Shown piece after piece: positions 19,758-30,436 of a stretch of 64,000 bases of DNA (its first letter is position 1; every line of letters starts with the position of its first letter). Below the pieces are notes generated by a model. That model searched no databases. It was not told where the DNA came from and worked only from the letters and a program-made list of their open reading frames with translations. Position numbers and translations under genes: made by a program. Location: positions 352,001-416,000 of the forward strand of contig OY781066.1 of NCBI GenBank assembly GCA_963676395.1. The letters run 5' to 3'. This DNA is from a bacterium. Lineage in GTDB: Bacteria; Fidelibacterota; Fidelibacteria; Fidelibacterales; Fidelibacteraceae.

Positions 19758-21286
19758 TACATGCTTTCAATTTTTTTCATATCAAAACGTGGAAACAAAG
19801 CTTTCATCTCACCGAGTTCGGTTCCGCTTTTAAGCTCTTCCCAAACCATTAAAGTTCCGGGGGTATCACCCATATTCAGCATGGAGAAAAACTCAGTCAT
19901 TTTTTCAGGAAGCAAAGGGTACAATAAGGAAGCTGAAAAACGCAGACTTGCCAAAGCTGTATAAAGCACTGTCGCAGTACTTTCCAGATCTGTCTTTGCC
20001 AATTTCCAAGGCTCTGTTTTTTCAAGATATTTATTGATAGATGTCACATAACCGATCACTTCGCTTGCGATCGCATTAATATTAAGATCTTCAAGCAGTT
20101 CCATGACCTTTTCTCTACATACTGTGGAATTATTTGCCATAGCTTTTTCATCTTCACCCAAGTCACCTGGAACGGGGATATTGCCATCATAATATTTTTT
20201 AATCAATTTAAAAATACGATTAACCAAGTTACCAAAATCATTTGCCAGATCAGTATTGTATGTTTGATAGAATCTTTCTTTAGAAAAATCCGAATCAGAA
20301 AACAAAGGACCTTCTTTGGCCATAAAATAACGATACACATCTTTACCGACATTGTCACAGTGCATTTGAATGGTTTCAAGATCAATAAAATTACCCAAAG
20401 ATTTACTCATCTTTTGACCTTCGGCTGTCCACCAACCGTGAGCAAAAACAGTCTTGGGTAGAGGAATACCAGCTGCCATCAACATCGTTGGCCAATACAC
20501 ACAATGTGTGGTTAAAATATCTTTTCCTATTAAATGAACAGCCGGCCACGTTTTATTAAATTTTTCATCATCCTGGAGGTAACCCGGTGCGGTTACATAG
20601 TTCAGCAATGCATCGAACCAAACATAGGTGACGTAATCTTTATCGAAAGGCAGTTCAATACCCCAGGATAAGCGTTCTTTGGGACGAGAAATACAAAGAT
20701 CCTTTAGTGGTTGTTTCAAGAAACCCAGTATTTCATTCTTGCGATTTTCCGGTTTAATGAAATTAGGATGTTCATTGATATACTTGATCAAATCATCCTG
20801 ATATTTGCTCATTTTAAAATAGTAATTTGTTTCAGAGATCTTACGGACATCGCGGTACTTGCCCTCTTGATAATCTTTTTCGGTAATAAATAGCTCATCG
20901 GCAACCGAATACCAACCTTCATATGTATCTTTGTAGATTTCTCCATCATCGTATAGTTTTTGTAAAACCTGTGTAACGACACTTTCATGGCGAGGTTCGG
21001 TCGTACGGATAAAATCATCAAAAGAAAGATTAAAATATGACCATAATTCGCGAAAGCGCGTTGCGTACAAATTGCAGTGTTCTTGCGGAGAAATACCGTT
21101 CTTTTCGGCGGCCTGTTGTACTTTTTGACCATGTTCATCGGTACCGGTTAAAAAGTACACATCATCCCCTTTCATGCGATGATACATGGCTACCATGTCG
21201 GCAATTAAAGTTGTGTAGGCCGAACCGATATGAGGACGGTCGTTAACATAGTATAATGGCGTTGTTACGTAAAATGAGTTAGACAT
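19757..21286 (-). CDS. metG: Methionine--tRNA ligase (short form)
   Basis: YVTTPLYYVN..PHIGS, GTDEHG, YVWFDAL and KMSKS motifs. Confidence 0.95.
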   Translation of the reverse strand: MSNSFYVTTPLYYVNDRPHIGSAYTTLIADMVAMYHRMKGDDVYFLTGTDEHGQKVQQAAEKNGISPQEHCNLYATRFRELWSYFNLSFDDFIRTTEPRHESVVTQVLQKLYDDGEIYKDTYEGWYSVADELFITEKDYQEGKYRDVRKISETNYYFKMSKYQDDLIKYINEHPNFIKPENRKNEILGFLKQPLKDLCISRPKERLSWGIELPFDKDYVTYVWFDALLNYVTAPGYLQDDEKFNKTWPAVHLIGKDILTTHCVYWPTMLMAAGIPLPKTVFAHGWWTAEGQKMSKSLGNFIDLETIQMHCDNVGKDVYRYFMAKEGPLFSDSDFSKERFYQTYNTDLANDFGNLVNRIFKLIKKYYDGNIPVPGDLGEDEKAMANNSTVCREKVMELLEDLNINAIASEVIGYVTSINKYLEKTEPWKLAKTDLESTATVLYTALASLRFSASLLYPLLPEKMTEFFSMLNMGDTPGTLMVWEELKSGTELGEMKALFPRFDMKKIESM

Positions 21287-21388
21287 TAATTTTCTCTTTT
21301 AATTTCTAATTATGTTTTGGAGTCATCACCCGATATTGTAAAGATGTAAAATTTCGTGTCTTTACAAAACTGAAAACATGTTTAGGAT

Positions 21389-22045
21389 TTATTCAATATT
21401 GTTTGCTGCAAATAGATCAATAATTCGATCTGAGATCTCTTCAAGTTTACCGACACCATTAACTTTTTCAAGTAGTTCTTTCTCGCTGAAAAAATCAATC
21501 AGGGGTTCAGTATTTTTTTTGTAGACATTCATACGATTCAAAATGGTTTCGCGTTTATCATCATCACGTTGATATAGATCACCACCACAATTACGGCAAA
21601 CTGCACTTTCGGGTTTTCCATCCGGATAACCGACTGTTGTTGAGCATTCAATGCAGGTCCAACGAGAAGAAAGACGACGTACCAATTCTTCTTCCGGTAC
21701 ATCGATCAACAAAGCCATAGATAATTTAACACCCTGTTTGTTCAACATGGCAAGAAGTGCTTCAGCCTGAGGGACGGTACGAGGAAAACCATCAAGAATA
21801 TATCCTTGTTGCTGTGCTTCAAATTCAGCCGTGATCTTATCAAGAATATTGATCATCACGGAATCGGGAACCAATTCACCTTTATCCATATAGGATTTTG
21901 CTTCTTTGCCGAGATCGGTATCATTCTTGATCTCACCTCGTAGCAAATCACCTGTTGAAAGCTTTATAGCATTATATTTTTCTTTCAATACATCAGCCTG
22001 AGTTCCTTTGCCGGATCCTGGTCCACCCAATAGTACTAATCGCAT
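21389..22045 (-). CDS. adk: Adenylate kinase with Zn-binding LID
   Basis: GGPGSGKGTQ, STGDLLR, LDGFPRT, CxxC...CxxC and QRDDD motifs. Confidence 0.96.
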   Translation of the reverse strand: MRLVLLGGPGSGKGTQADVLKEKYNAIKLSTGDLLRGEIKNDTDLGKEAKSYMDKGELVPDSVMINILDKITAEFEAQQQGYILDGFPRTVPQAEALLAMLNKQGVKLSMALLIDVPEEELVRRLSSRWTCIECSTTVGYPDGKPESAVCRNCGGDLYQRDDDKRETILNRMNVYKKNTEPLIDFFSEKELLEKVNGVGKLEEISDRIIDLFAANNIE

Positions 22046-22238
22046 TATATTTTCCTCGTATTATTCGTTTCAAAATCGTGATGTAATTTAATATTTCAAT
22101 AGCGTTTATGAAAGTGTAAACTAAGCTCAAGTAAAGAGGAATATGAATTTAATTCAAGTCAAATCAATTCTAAGTTTTTAATTCTTAATTATCATTTCTC
22201 TTCTTATATTTGGGTCAACATTTGGGAATAAATAATAT

Positions 22239-23285
22239 ATGAAATTAGCTCACAAGATTATTGTCCTGGCTTTTGCACTTAACACTGCAATCTTTGCGCT
22301 TTCACCTACAGCTGTTTGTATTGTGGGAGCCGGAGATATGATGCTAGGCACATCTTTCCCAGATTCATCCACATTATCACCCAAACCCGAAAAACTCCTG
22401 TCTCGCGTTGCTGACCATATTCGCGAGGCTGATGCGGCATTTGTAAATCTTGAAGGTTGTCTTATGGATTCCGGAGGCACTCCCAAAGATTGTTGGGGAA
22501 AAACATCACGTTGTTTTATTTTCAGGATGCCAGAGCATTATGTAGATTATATCATTGACGCCGGTTTCGATGCTATTTCTTTGGCAAACAATCATGCTAG
22601 AGACATGGGATACGAAGCCTACCGTCGTTCGCAAGCAGTTTGTGATGAAGCAGGACTTGCCCACGCAGGTATTTTTGATGCACCTTCAACCATCATTGAG
22701 CGCAACGGTCTATTATTCGGCTTTGCCGCCTTTTCTCCTCACTGGGGAACAGCTCGCATGTATGAATACGAAAAAGTAACAAACATCATCTCTCACTTGG
22801 AAGATACTTGCGATATCGTTGTTGTGATGTTCCATGGCGGTGGTGAGGGCGAAAACTATACGCATACGCCTAGAGAAAAAGAGATCTATAAAAGTTCAAA
22901 TCGTGGAGATGTATATAAATTTTCTCACACGGCTATTGATGCCGGTGCCGATGTCGTTTTTGGATCGGGACCGCATGTAACCCGTGCTGTCGAGTTATAT
23001 AAAGATCGACTGATCTGCTATTCTTTGGGTAATTTCTGTACCTACCGAAAATTTAATCTTAGCGGTCCTCGCGGTTATGCACCTCTTATGAAAGTTTACA
23101 CTTCACCTAGTGGTAAATTTCATTATGCACACGCCATCCCAATTACACAAAAGTGGCCGGGCGTACCGTTTATCGATGAAAACAAACAAGCAATCAAAGC
23201 ATTACAAATATTAACAAAAGAAGATTTCCCTGAAATGGATTCGGTGATCGTCATCGACGACAAGGGATTTATCAACAAACGCTAA
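22239..23285 (+). CDS. CapA family metallophosphatase-like protein
   Basis: GDMML, NLEG, LANNH, HGGGE, GPHV and YSLGNF motifs; signal peptide. Confidence 0.87.
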   Translation: MKLAHKIIVLAFALNTAIFALSPTAVCIVGAGDMMLGTSFPDSSTLSPKPEKLLSRVADHIREADAAFVNLEGCLMDSGGTPKDCWGKTSRCFIFRMPEHYVDYIIDAGFDAISLANNHARDMGYEAYRRSQAVCDEAGLAHAGIFDAPSTIIERNGLLFGFAAFSPHWGTARMYEYEKVTNIISHLEDTCDIVVVMFHGGGEGENYTHTPREKEIYKSSNRGDVYKFSHTAIDAGADVVFGSGPHVTRAVELYKDRLICYSLGNFCTYRKFNLSGPRGYAPLMKVYTSPSGKFHYAHAIPITQKWPGVPFIDENKQAIKALQILTKEDFPEMDSVIVIDDKGFINKR

Positions 23286-23294
23286 AGGAAAATT

Positions 23295-24476
23295 ATGGAC
23301 AGCGTACTTATTAAAGATCAATTTGGTTTACTCGCCATTCTTGTGGCTATCCCGGCGATCATTTTTGCCATCAACAATCATACGGCTTGGGGCAAAAAAT
23401 TCTTTGGCATTGTCCCTCCCTTGGTATTTGCTTACTTTATTCCCACCATTCTCACATCACTTGGTATTATTCCCGATTCTGCTCCTATTTACAAACAGAT
23501 CAAAACTTTCGTGCTTCCGGCTTCACTTTTGTTGCTTACATTGGCCATTGATGTAAAAGGCATTCTAAAACTGGGCTCAAAAGCATTAATCATGTTTCTG
23601 ACAGGTACCTTAGGTATCGTAATTGGTGGTCCGATTTCTCTTTTTATTTTCAAGAATGCTTTACCTCCCGAAATTTGGAAAGGTATGGCAGCATTAGCCG
23701 GTTCATGGATAGGAGGCGGTGCCAACTTTATTGCTATTGGGCAATCTGTAGGTACAACAGAATCTATGATGGGGGTAATGGTAATCGTAGATGTTTTAGC
23801 GGCAAATATACTTACCGGTATACTTTTCTTTCTTGCAGGACGCTCTGAAAAGATCGATGCACACCTGGGTGCCGATAATTCAGCTATTCACGAACTGCGC
23901 GATAAAGTCGTAAACTTCCAAAAGGAAACAAATCGCATCACAACCGCAACCGATTATTTTATTATGCTGGCTTTAGCCTTTGGTGGTGCTTACCTGGCTT
24001 ATATCCTTGGTAATGCACTTCCTGCCGTAGGTGATATCATCTCTCACTCTACTTGGAAAGTGATCATTATTACAACATTGGGTGTTGGACTATCTTTCAC
24101 ACCCATTAAAAAGTATGAAGGGGCCGGTGCGTCAAAACTCGGCACAGTTATGTTATATCTGCTTATTGGTGTGATCGGAGCTTCCGCAAACCTAAAAGCC
24201 GTGATGGAATATCCCGCACTCTTTGGTATGGGACTCACATGGTTAGCTATCCACTTACTCATCCTCTTTATTGTCATGAAACTTATCAAAGCACCACTCT
24301 TTTTCATGGCAGTCGGCTCACAGGCTAATGTTGGTGGTGCCGCATCCGCTCCCATCGTAGCATCGGCTTTCCATCCCGCCCTAGCTTCGGTAGGTGTTAT
24401 GTTGGGTATTGCCGGATACGTTTTAGGTACCTATGCTGCTCTTTTATGTGCTAAATTATTACTGCTGGTTTCATAG
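23295..24476 (+). CDS. DUF819 family membrane transporter-like protein
   Basis: GSWIGGGAN and SQANVGG..SAP motifs; about 11-12 TM segments. Confidence 0.82.
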   Translation: MDSVLIKDQFGLLAILVAIPAIIFAINNHTAWGKKFFGIVPPLVFAYFIPTILTSLGIIPDSAPIYKQIKTFVLPASLLLLTLAIDVKGILKLGSKALIMFLTGTLGIVIGGPISLFIFKNALPPEIWKGMAALAGSWIGGGANFIAIGQSVGTTESMMGVMVIVDVLAANILTGILFFLAGRSEKIDAHLGADNSAIHELRDKVVNFQKETNRITTATDYFIMLALAFGGAYLAYILGNALPAVGDIISHSTWKVIIITTLGVGLSFTPIKKYEGAGASKLGTVMLYLLIGVIGASANLKAVMEYPALFGMGLTWLAIHLLILFIVMKLIKAPLFFMAVGSQANVGGAASAPIVASAFHPALASVGVMLGIAGYVLGTYAALLCAKLLLLVS

Positions 24477-24484
24477 GTTAAATA

Positions 24485-25480
24485 ATGTCACTCAAGAAAT
24501 ACCTATTCATGTTTAAAAAATTCAAGGATGATCTTCGTCGTCCCAAGAAGGCTTTTGCTCTCAGCAAAGATCTGCATTCTCAGACATTAGGTGAGTATTA
24601 TTTTCTATTTAAAGAACAGCGCATCGCGAAAGGTGCCGATCAGGCACTGATCTCGAAATTTGATAAAAACGGAATCCCCATTAACAAAACCTATATTGAT
24701 GTTAAAGATAAAGATTATGTCTATTTTCCTATCTCTATAGGACAAATGGGGTTATCTGTATACCATACCTTTCTTGAAACAAAAAATAAAAAAGACAAAG
24801 ATCGTTTTTTAAAATTTGCCGATTGGTTCATGGAAAATGGTGAGCAAGATGATTATTTGGGATTTCGCTGGTTAACCGAAGTATCATTACCCGCATACAA
24901 AAATCCCGGTCCATGGCAATCCGCTTTTGCCCAAGCTCGTGGTATTTCGATCTTATTGAGGGCATATCAGTTAACAGAAAAAAAAGACTATGCCAACAAA
25001 GCTAAAGAAGCTTTAAGATCATTTCAAGTGCCGATCAGTGAGGGTGGTGTTACCTCCTTTACGAAATTTGGTCCTTTCTACGAAGAATACACCGCTAAAG
25101 TCCCGACATTGGTTCTAAATGGCATGATCTTTTCACTTTGTGGAGTTTACGATCTGCTACGCGTTTTCCCGGAAAATAAGGATGCACGCAAGGTTTTTGA
25201 TGATGGAATTGCATGTTTGGAAAACATCCTGCCGGAATTTGATATGAAATTCTGGAGTAAATATGACCTTTGTGCAGCTGATTGGTATCCTGAAATTAAT
25301 CCTGCAACTATTGGTTACCAACGATTACATGCCACTCAACTTGAATTATTGTTTGAGATCACTAACAAAGAAATCTTTAAAACGTTTGCAGAAAAATTTC
25401 GCAAACAGGATACCTTATTAAATGCAATAAGAATGTATCGAATTAAATTCTCGGCATTAAAACAAATAGGAAGACTATAA
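24485..25480 (+). CDS. D-glucuronyl C5-epimerase family protein
   Basis: WQSAFAQARGISILLRAY, FYEEY, VLNGMIFSL.G.YD, WSKYDL and Y..LH..QL match the C5-epimerase C-terminal domain. Confidence 0.8.
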   Translation: MSLKKYLFMFKKFKDDLRRPKKAFALSKDLHSQTLGEYYFLFKEQRIAKGADQALISKFDKNGIPINKTYIDVKDKDYVYFPISIGQMGLSVYHTFLETKNKKDKDRFLKFADWFMENGEQDDYLGFRWLTEVSLPAYKNPGPWQSAFAQARGISILLRAYQLTEKKDYANKAKEALRSFQVPISEGGVTSFTKFGPFYEEYTAKVPTLVLNGMIFSLCGVYDLLRVFPENKDARKVFDDGIACLENILPEFDMKFWSKYDLCAADWYPEINPATIGYQRLHATQLELLFEITNKEIFKTFAEKFRKQDTLLNAIRMYRIKFSALKQIGRL

Positions 25481-25509
25481 AAAGCGTACTTTTTTAACAG
25501 GAGGGTACC

Positions 25510-25914
25510 ATGAAAAAAGGTTTAACAATTTTCCTAATCACAATCGGTGTATTGGTCTTGATTGTCCTGGCAGGTGTATTACACTTTAACAATCAATTTA
25601 AAGCGTTTCTAAAAGATTTAGATCAGGAATACGCCAAAATCGAAAAAGTGGATCTCACTCAACTACCTGATGGCGAATATCATGGGAGATACGGTAAAAT
25701 CCCGGTTATGTTCGATTTAGAGGTGATCGTTAGAAATCACCAAATCGATAAGATCATTGTTGTGGAAAAATCATCAGGGCCCGATCACGATGCTCCAGAA
25801 ACAATGGATCGCATCATTAAAGCTCAACAATGTAAGGTCGATGTCGTTACCGGAGCAACAACCAGCTCAAAAGCTATTATGGTGGCTGCTTATAAAGCTC
25901 TGACGAGCATTTAG
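25510..25914 (+). CDS. FMN-binding domain protein, membrane anchored
   Basis: DGEY.G and VDVVTGAT.SS flavinylation motif. Confidence 0.85.
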   Translation: MKKGLTIFLITIGVLVLIVLAGVLHFNNQFKAFLKDLDQEYAKIEKVDLTQLPDGEYHGRYGKIPVMFDLEVIVRNHQIDKIIVVEKSSGPDHDAPETMDRIIKAQQCKVDVVTGATTSSKAIMVAAYKALTSI

Positions 25915-25981
25915 ATTAAGTAAAAGGAAAAAGATAAAAGTGAGGTTTTCAAATTTATAAGTTTACTTTTTAATTTCCTTT

Positions 25982-26776
25982 TTACTTATCCAGCAAAGCT
26001 GAAATATTCTCCGGTGAAAACACTCTCTCCAAAAGAGGTGTTACTCTGGCTGAAGTTTCCTTGCGAATATTTTTTTCTGAGTCCGCTATCTTAAGAAACA
26101 AACCATCTAATGCTTGTCCGGTTAAATAGCGACTTAAATCCGTTTCAACAGGTTGAAGTCCGGCAATCCTCCCTACGATAGATCCGGCAATTTCATTCCA
26201 TTTCCCTGTCAATTCATCCCAGCTGTTTTGTGGTGAAACATCTTCAATATACACCTTATCCAATGATGATTGAATCTGTGGTTGATATAGATCCATTAAC
26301 TCATTGTACTTATCCTGCTTTAAATATTTTGTAGCGGCATCGTCAGCTCCGGCTAAGACAGCCACAGCATCACTGAAAGTCATATCATTTATACTCTCAG
26401 TCAAAATTGGAGTTGCCTGCGCTGCGGCATCAGAGGCAGCATCATTTATCCCTGTCATTAATTTGTCTATCAAATACTGTCCACCCGGGATCTTTGCCAC
26501 ATTTTCCAAGATCATATCCGTTTCCGGTGGTAAAAGTATTTTAACCGATTCATCGGAAAAATAGCCATCGGATCCCGAAAGATCCGCTACGGACTGTTCA
26601 ACACCAAAAGTAAGTGCTTCCTTTAAGCCTGCGATGATATCAGTTTCAGATAAAAGAGTATTCTTCGTTTGTGAGCTTGATGCTGATTCTAAGAGAGTGT
26701 TCAATACTTGTGTCAATTCAGCACAACCGGTTAATAAAAACAATGATAGCAGTAAAAATAGAAAATTCTTTTTCAT
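25982..26776 (-). CDS. DUF4197 family lipoprotein
   Basis: LLTGC lipobox; GLKEAL..G, VKILLP, DA..VL.G.DDAAT.YL and ALDGLF motifs. Confidence 0.85.
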   Translation of the reverse strand: MKKNFLFLLLSLFLLTGCAELTQVLNTLLESASSSQTKNTLLSETDIIAGLKEALTFGVEQSVADLSGSDGYFSDESVKILLPPETDMILENVAKIPGGQYLIDKLMTGINDAASDAAAQATPILTESINDMTFSDAVAVLAGADDAATKYLKQDKYNELMDLYQPQIQSSLDKVYIEDVSPQNSWDELTGKWNEIAGSIVGRIAGLQPVETDLSRYLTGQALDGLFLKIADSEKNIRKETSARVTPLLERVFSPENISALLDK

Positions 26777-26893
26777 GGTTACCTCGATGTAATTTCAGTA
26801 AATATCCAAACTTCAGTCATTCAACGACATTGAGTTTAGCCAAGGTGTACAAATTTATTATGTCCGACTTAATTTAAAACTCAAAACTGTTAT

Positions 26894-28285
26894 TTATGTA
26901 AGTTCCACTTCTTCTTCGTAAACCGGAATATGTGTATACCACCCCAATTGATCTTTGATTAATTCTTGAAGATTTTTTGATGATTCAGGTTCGCCATGTA
27001 CAATAAAAGTCTGCCTAGGCGCTTTTTTAAAATCCTTTAACCAAGCAAGAATCTCATTATAATCGGCATGAGCCGAAAAATCGGAAATCGTTTCAATAGA
27101 TGCAGCTGACTTAACCTGCTGTCCGTGGATCTTAATTTTATCATTCCCACGTTGCAAGGCACGACCGCGGGTTCCTTCGGCCTGGTAGCCGACAAACACA
27201 ACAGAATTTTTCTTCAAAGGCAAGCGACGCAATAAATGATGCAATATTCTTCCTCCGGTCAACATGCCCGAAGCGGAAATAATAATACAAGGTTGGTCCA
27301 TCGCATTTACCCTTTTCGATGCATCTACACTTTCCGTAAACTCGGTTCGTCGGGTTAACAAAACATCCGTACCTTCATTTTTAAGCTTATTGGCTTCTTC
27401 ATCGTAGATCTCTGTATGTTTAGAATAAAGTTTAGTAGCTTTAATGGCCATAGGACTATCAACATAAACAGGCAGAGTTGGGATTCTACCCTCACTCTCC
27501 AATTCTCGTAAGGTATATAGCAATTCCTGAGTACGTCCCACAGCAAAAGCCGGGATCACGACTGTCCCACCTCGCTTTACGGTTTCATTAATAATACGAG
27601 TCAATTCTTCCTGGGGGTCGCCTTCATCATGAAGTCGGGCTCCATATGTAGATTCTACAAGAAGATAATCAGCGTCTATCACAGTAGAAGGATCTTTGAG
27701 AATAGGGCGACCATAACGTCCCAAATCACCTGAAAATACGATCTTTCGCTCTTCGTTGCCCTCTTTCCATCTTCCTATCACAAAGGCCGAACCAAGAATA
27801 TGCCCGGCATCACGAAATGTCATCAAAACCTTATCTGAAGGTCTAAAAGCTTCTTCGTAAGGTATACCATGTAAAAGTGAAACAGTTTTTTTTGCATCTT
27901 CTATAGAATATAAAGGCAAAGCAGGTGTATGACGAGTATGCCCTTTCTTGTTTGCATACTTTGCATCTTCTTCCTGCAAATGTGCAGAATCCAATAACAT
28001 GATCTGTAAAAGATCGCGTGTTGGTTCCGTACAATATATTGGCTTATTGTACCCCTGTTTGATCAACCTTGGCAGATAACCTGTATGATCAATATGTGCA
28101 TGCGTTAAAACAATTGCATCCAGCTCATTTACATTCATTCTTAATGGTGTCCAGTTACGCAGACGCAATTCCTTCAACCCCTGAAACAGGCCACAATCAA
28201 TCATGATCTTGGAATTTTGGTAAGTAAAAACATACTTCGACCCGGTCACTGTCCCGGTCGCACCTAGAAATTGTAATTTAGCCAT
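26894..28285 (-). CDS. MBL-fold beta-CASP ribonuclease
   Basis: GATGTVTGS, DCGLFQG, HAHIDH, AGHILGS, ESTYG, SAHAD and VHGE motifs. Confidence 0.9.
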   Translation of the reverse strand: MAKLQFLGATGTVTGSKYVFTYQNSKIMIDCGLFQGLKELRLRNWTPLRMNVNELDAIVLTHAHIDHTGYLPRLIKQGYNKPIYCTEPTRDLLQIMLLDSAHLQEEDAKYANKKGHTRHTPALPLYSIEDAKKTVSLLHGIPYEEAFRPSDKVLMTFRDAGHILGSAFVIGRWKEGNEERKIVFSGDLGRYGRPILKDPSTVIDADYLLVESTYGARLHDEGDPQEELTRIINETVKRGGTVVIPAFAVGRTQELLYTLRELESEGRIPTLPVYVDSPMAIKATKLYSKHTEIYDEEANKLKNEGTDVLLTRRTEFTESVDASKRVNAMDQPCIIISASGMLTGGRILHHLLRRLPLKKNSVVFVGYQAEGTRGRALQRGNDKIKIHGQQVKSAASIETISDFSAHADYNEILAWLKDFKKAPRQTFIVHGEPESSKNLQELIKDQLGWYTHIPVYEEEVELT

Positions 28286-28287
28286 GT

Positions 28288-29520
28288 TTATTCCTTATTA
28301 ATTTCTTTCGAGAAATAGACGGTTAACTCTTCTTTAATCATTTTTATAAGGACTGATTTGGCATAAGCATTTAATTCGAGTCCGTTATTAAAATACCTAT
28401 CATTATCTAGTATTGATGAAGTTGCAGTTAATTCCGCTTCAAGATCAACAAGTCTATTGGGAGCCTTTTCAGCAGCTAAATAAAGCAAATCTTTAAAATC
28501 TTCGTCCATCCTGACCTTAAAGGCATCAAGCTTTATAGCTTTATTGAAATATTCTATTGCCAAGTCTAAATTATTATTTTTCTCTTCAAGCAGTGCCTTA
28601 CAATAATAGTATATGGCGGTTTCGGGTTCCCATGCATAAAGGTCTTCCAACCACTTTTCTATAGAATAATTATCGGCTACTCGTAAAATCTCATTGAACT
28701 CCCTGACAAATTCAATATCATTCAGTTCTTTGTCATCAAAATACGAACGGTATGGTTTTTCTTTTATATTTACAGGAAGATTAACAAAAAATATGGGCAC
28801 ATTAATTTTTTTATCCATTCTAGATAAATTCTTAGCAAAATATTGCAAGCTTTCTTTGTATTCTACAGAATCAGTTTCAATGGCCCAAAAATCAAGATTA
28901 TCCGGCGGAAAACTTGATTGAAACGGTTTTTTTAAATATAAAAATCTGTCTAGAACTTGAATTAAACGATGATTCTTCATCCGAACATATGCACTAAGAC
29001 CCCAATAATTATTTATATCGCGCATCCATGCGCTTTTTTTAGGCAGACCATAAAACTCATTCCTTCCTGTAAACACAATACACGCATCTGCTTTATTTTT
29101 GCGGGCAGAAGCGACCATTCGTTTAACCGCAAAAGAATTTGTAAATGGTACAGCTATCTGAATAACATCAACTTTCTTTCCATTTTTTAAAATAAAGTCA
29201 GGTAATAATGCTTCCGTTTGAGTTTCCGGTAAAGCTTGTATCAAACTATGATCCGAGATCAAAAAGACTCTATAAGTATCCTCGGTCTTCTCTTTATCAA
29301 AATCCTGAATTAAAAGATCCATTTCAGGGAACTGTTTATCACATAAATATTGTTTATAATGATTGGGATTAAGCTCCATTTTCAAACCATCTTCAGATTT
29401 TTGAAACATTAGATAGGAATTACCTACACCTAAAAATCTTAATGCAAGTTCTAAAAGGACAACGATCAGGATCGGAGATAATCTAAAAAAAACATTGTAC
29501 AAATTTCGTCTAAAGGACAT
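28288..29520 (-). CDS. Hypothetical membrane-anchored protein (degenerate SGNH-like with TPR-like C-terminus)
   Basis: N-terminal TM with LELALR..G, GRNEFYG and a helical repeat near the C-terminus. Confidence 0.55.
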   Translation of the reverse strand: MSFRRNLYNVFFRLSPILIVVLLELALRFLGVGNSYLMFQKSEDGLKMELNPNHYKQYLCDKQFPEMDLLIQDFDKEKTEDTYRVFLISDHSLIQALPETQTEALLPDFILKNGKKVDVIQIAVPFTNSFAVKRMVASARKNKADACIVFTGRNEFYGLPKKSAWMRDINNYWGLSAYVRMKNHRLIQVLDRFLYLKKPFQSSFPPDNLDFWAIETDSVEYKESLQYFAKNLSRMDKKINVPIFFVNLPVNIKEKPYRSYFDDKELNDIEFVREFNEILRVADNYSIEKWLEDLYAWEPETAIYYYCKALLEEKNNNLDLAIEYFNKAIKLDAFKVRMDEDFKDLLYLAAEKAPNRLVDLEAELTATSSILDNDRYFNNGLELNAYAKSVLIKMIKEELTVYFSKEINKE

Positions 29521-29526
29521 AATGAC

Positions 29527-29694
29527 CTACGGCATGGGGTATGGCATTAAATTGGAATTCGTTCCAACAACTATAATCAAAATGATTATAAATATAACAA
29601 ATAATGACAACAGAATATAATGATGTCGATCAAAAACAAAACCAATCATGGTTTTCAACAATAAAGCAAAGTCATTTTCGTTTTTTTCTTTCAT
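29527..29694 (-). CDS. Small single-TM protein (55 aa), possibly DUF5989-like
   Basis: Manual translation MKEKNENDFALLLKTMIGFVFDRHHYILLSLFVIFIIILIIVVGTNSNLMPYPMP; fills the gap in the operon and is below the ORF-track cutoff. Confidence 0.55.
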   Translation of the reverse strand: MKEKNENDFALLLKTMIGFVFDRHHYILLSLFVIFIIILIIVVGTNSNLMPYPMP

Positions 29695-29735
29695 GCTAAA
29701 ATATAATTATAAATGTTAGATTGAGCTAAACTATC

Positions 29736-30413
29736 TTAATTCTTTTTATAATAAATTAAGGGAATTAGGATCAAGTTATTCAAATTAATCATAATATGGA
29801 TCATGATCGCAAAGTACAAACTTTTTCCTGCAGCTACTGATACACACAACACAATTGAACTTAAAAATATCCAAAGCGTAGACCAAAACCCCTGTACACC
29901 GGCATGAAACAAAGCAAAAAAAGTTGACAAGATCAAAACGCTCCATAGCCAATGTGACCAAAGAGGCAATATGGCTAACAATATATATCCTCTAAAAAGG
30001 ATCTCCTCTTGGATAGACCCAACGATAGAGATTAATACGGCCCACTTCTTTTGTTTTCTATTCTGTGGCAATAAATGATCAGCTCGATGTATCCAAGTAG
30101 GAATATCTCGTTTCATTAACCAAGCAACAAGATTATCAAAGGCAAGCAACAGATGTGAAAGAAAGGTACCTACTATGATCCCAAAAATAATATCCCAATA
30201 CCATTTATCTGAAACAAATAAACCTTTAAAATTAATAAACCAGCTTTCTAAACCCGGGTAGGGTTTCGGCGATCTATGGAGAAGTAATACAATAACAGTG
30301 TATATAATCAACAAAAAAACAAAGATGATCGCTTGTTGGATCATTCCCCACTTATTCCACAACATGTCAGAGCTTATCTGCAATTCGTTGTGTTGTTGAT
30401 CATTATCGTTCAT
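29736..30413 (-). CDS. CPBP family intramembrane metalloprotease
   Basis: EEILFRG, FALFH and H..IN motifs. Confidence 0.82.
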   Translation of the reverse strand: MNDNDQQHNELQISSDMLWNKWGMIQQAIIFVFLLIIYTVIVLLLHRSPKPYPGLESWFINFKGLFVSDKWYWDIIFGIIVGTFLSHLLLAFDNLVAWLMKRDIPTWIHRADHLLPQNRKQKKWAVLISIVGSIQEEILFRGYILLAILPLWSHWLWSVLILSTFFALFHAGVQGFWSTLWIFLSSIVLCVSVAAGKSLYFAIMIHIMINLNNLILIPLIYYKKN

Positions 30414-30436
30414 TAAACACTTCCTTTTGGAATATA

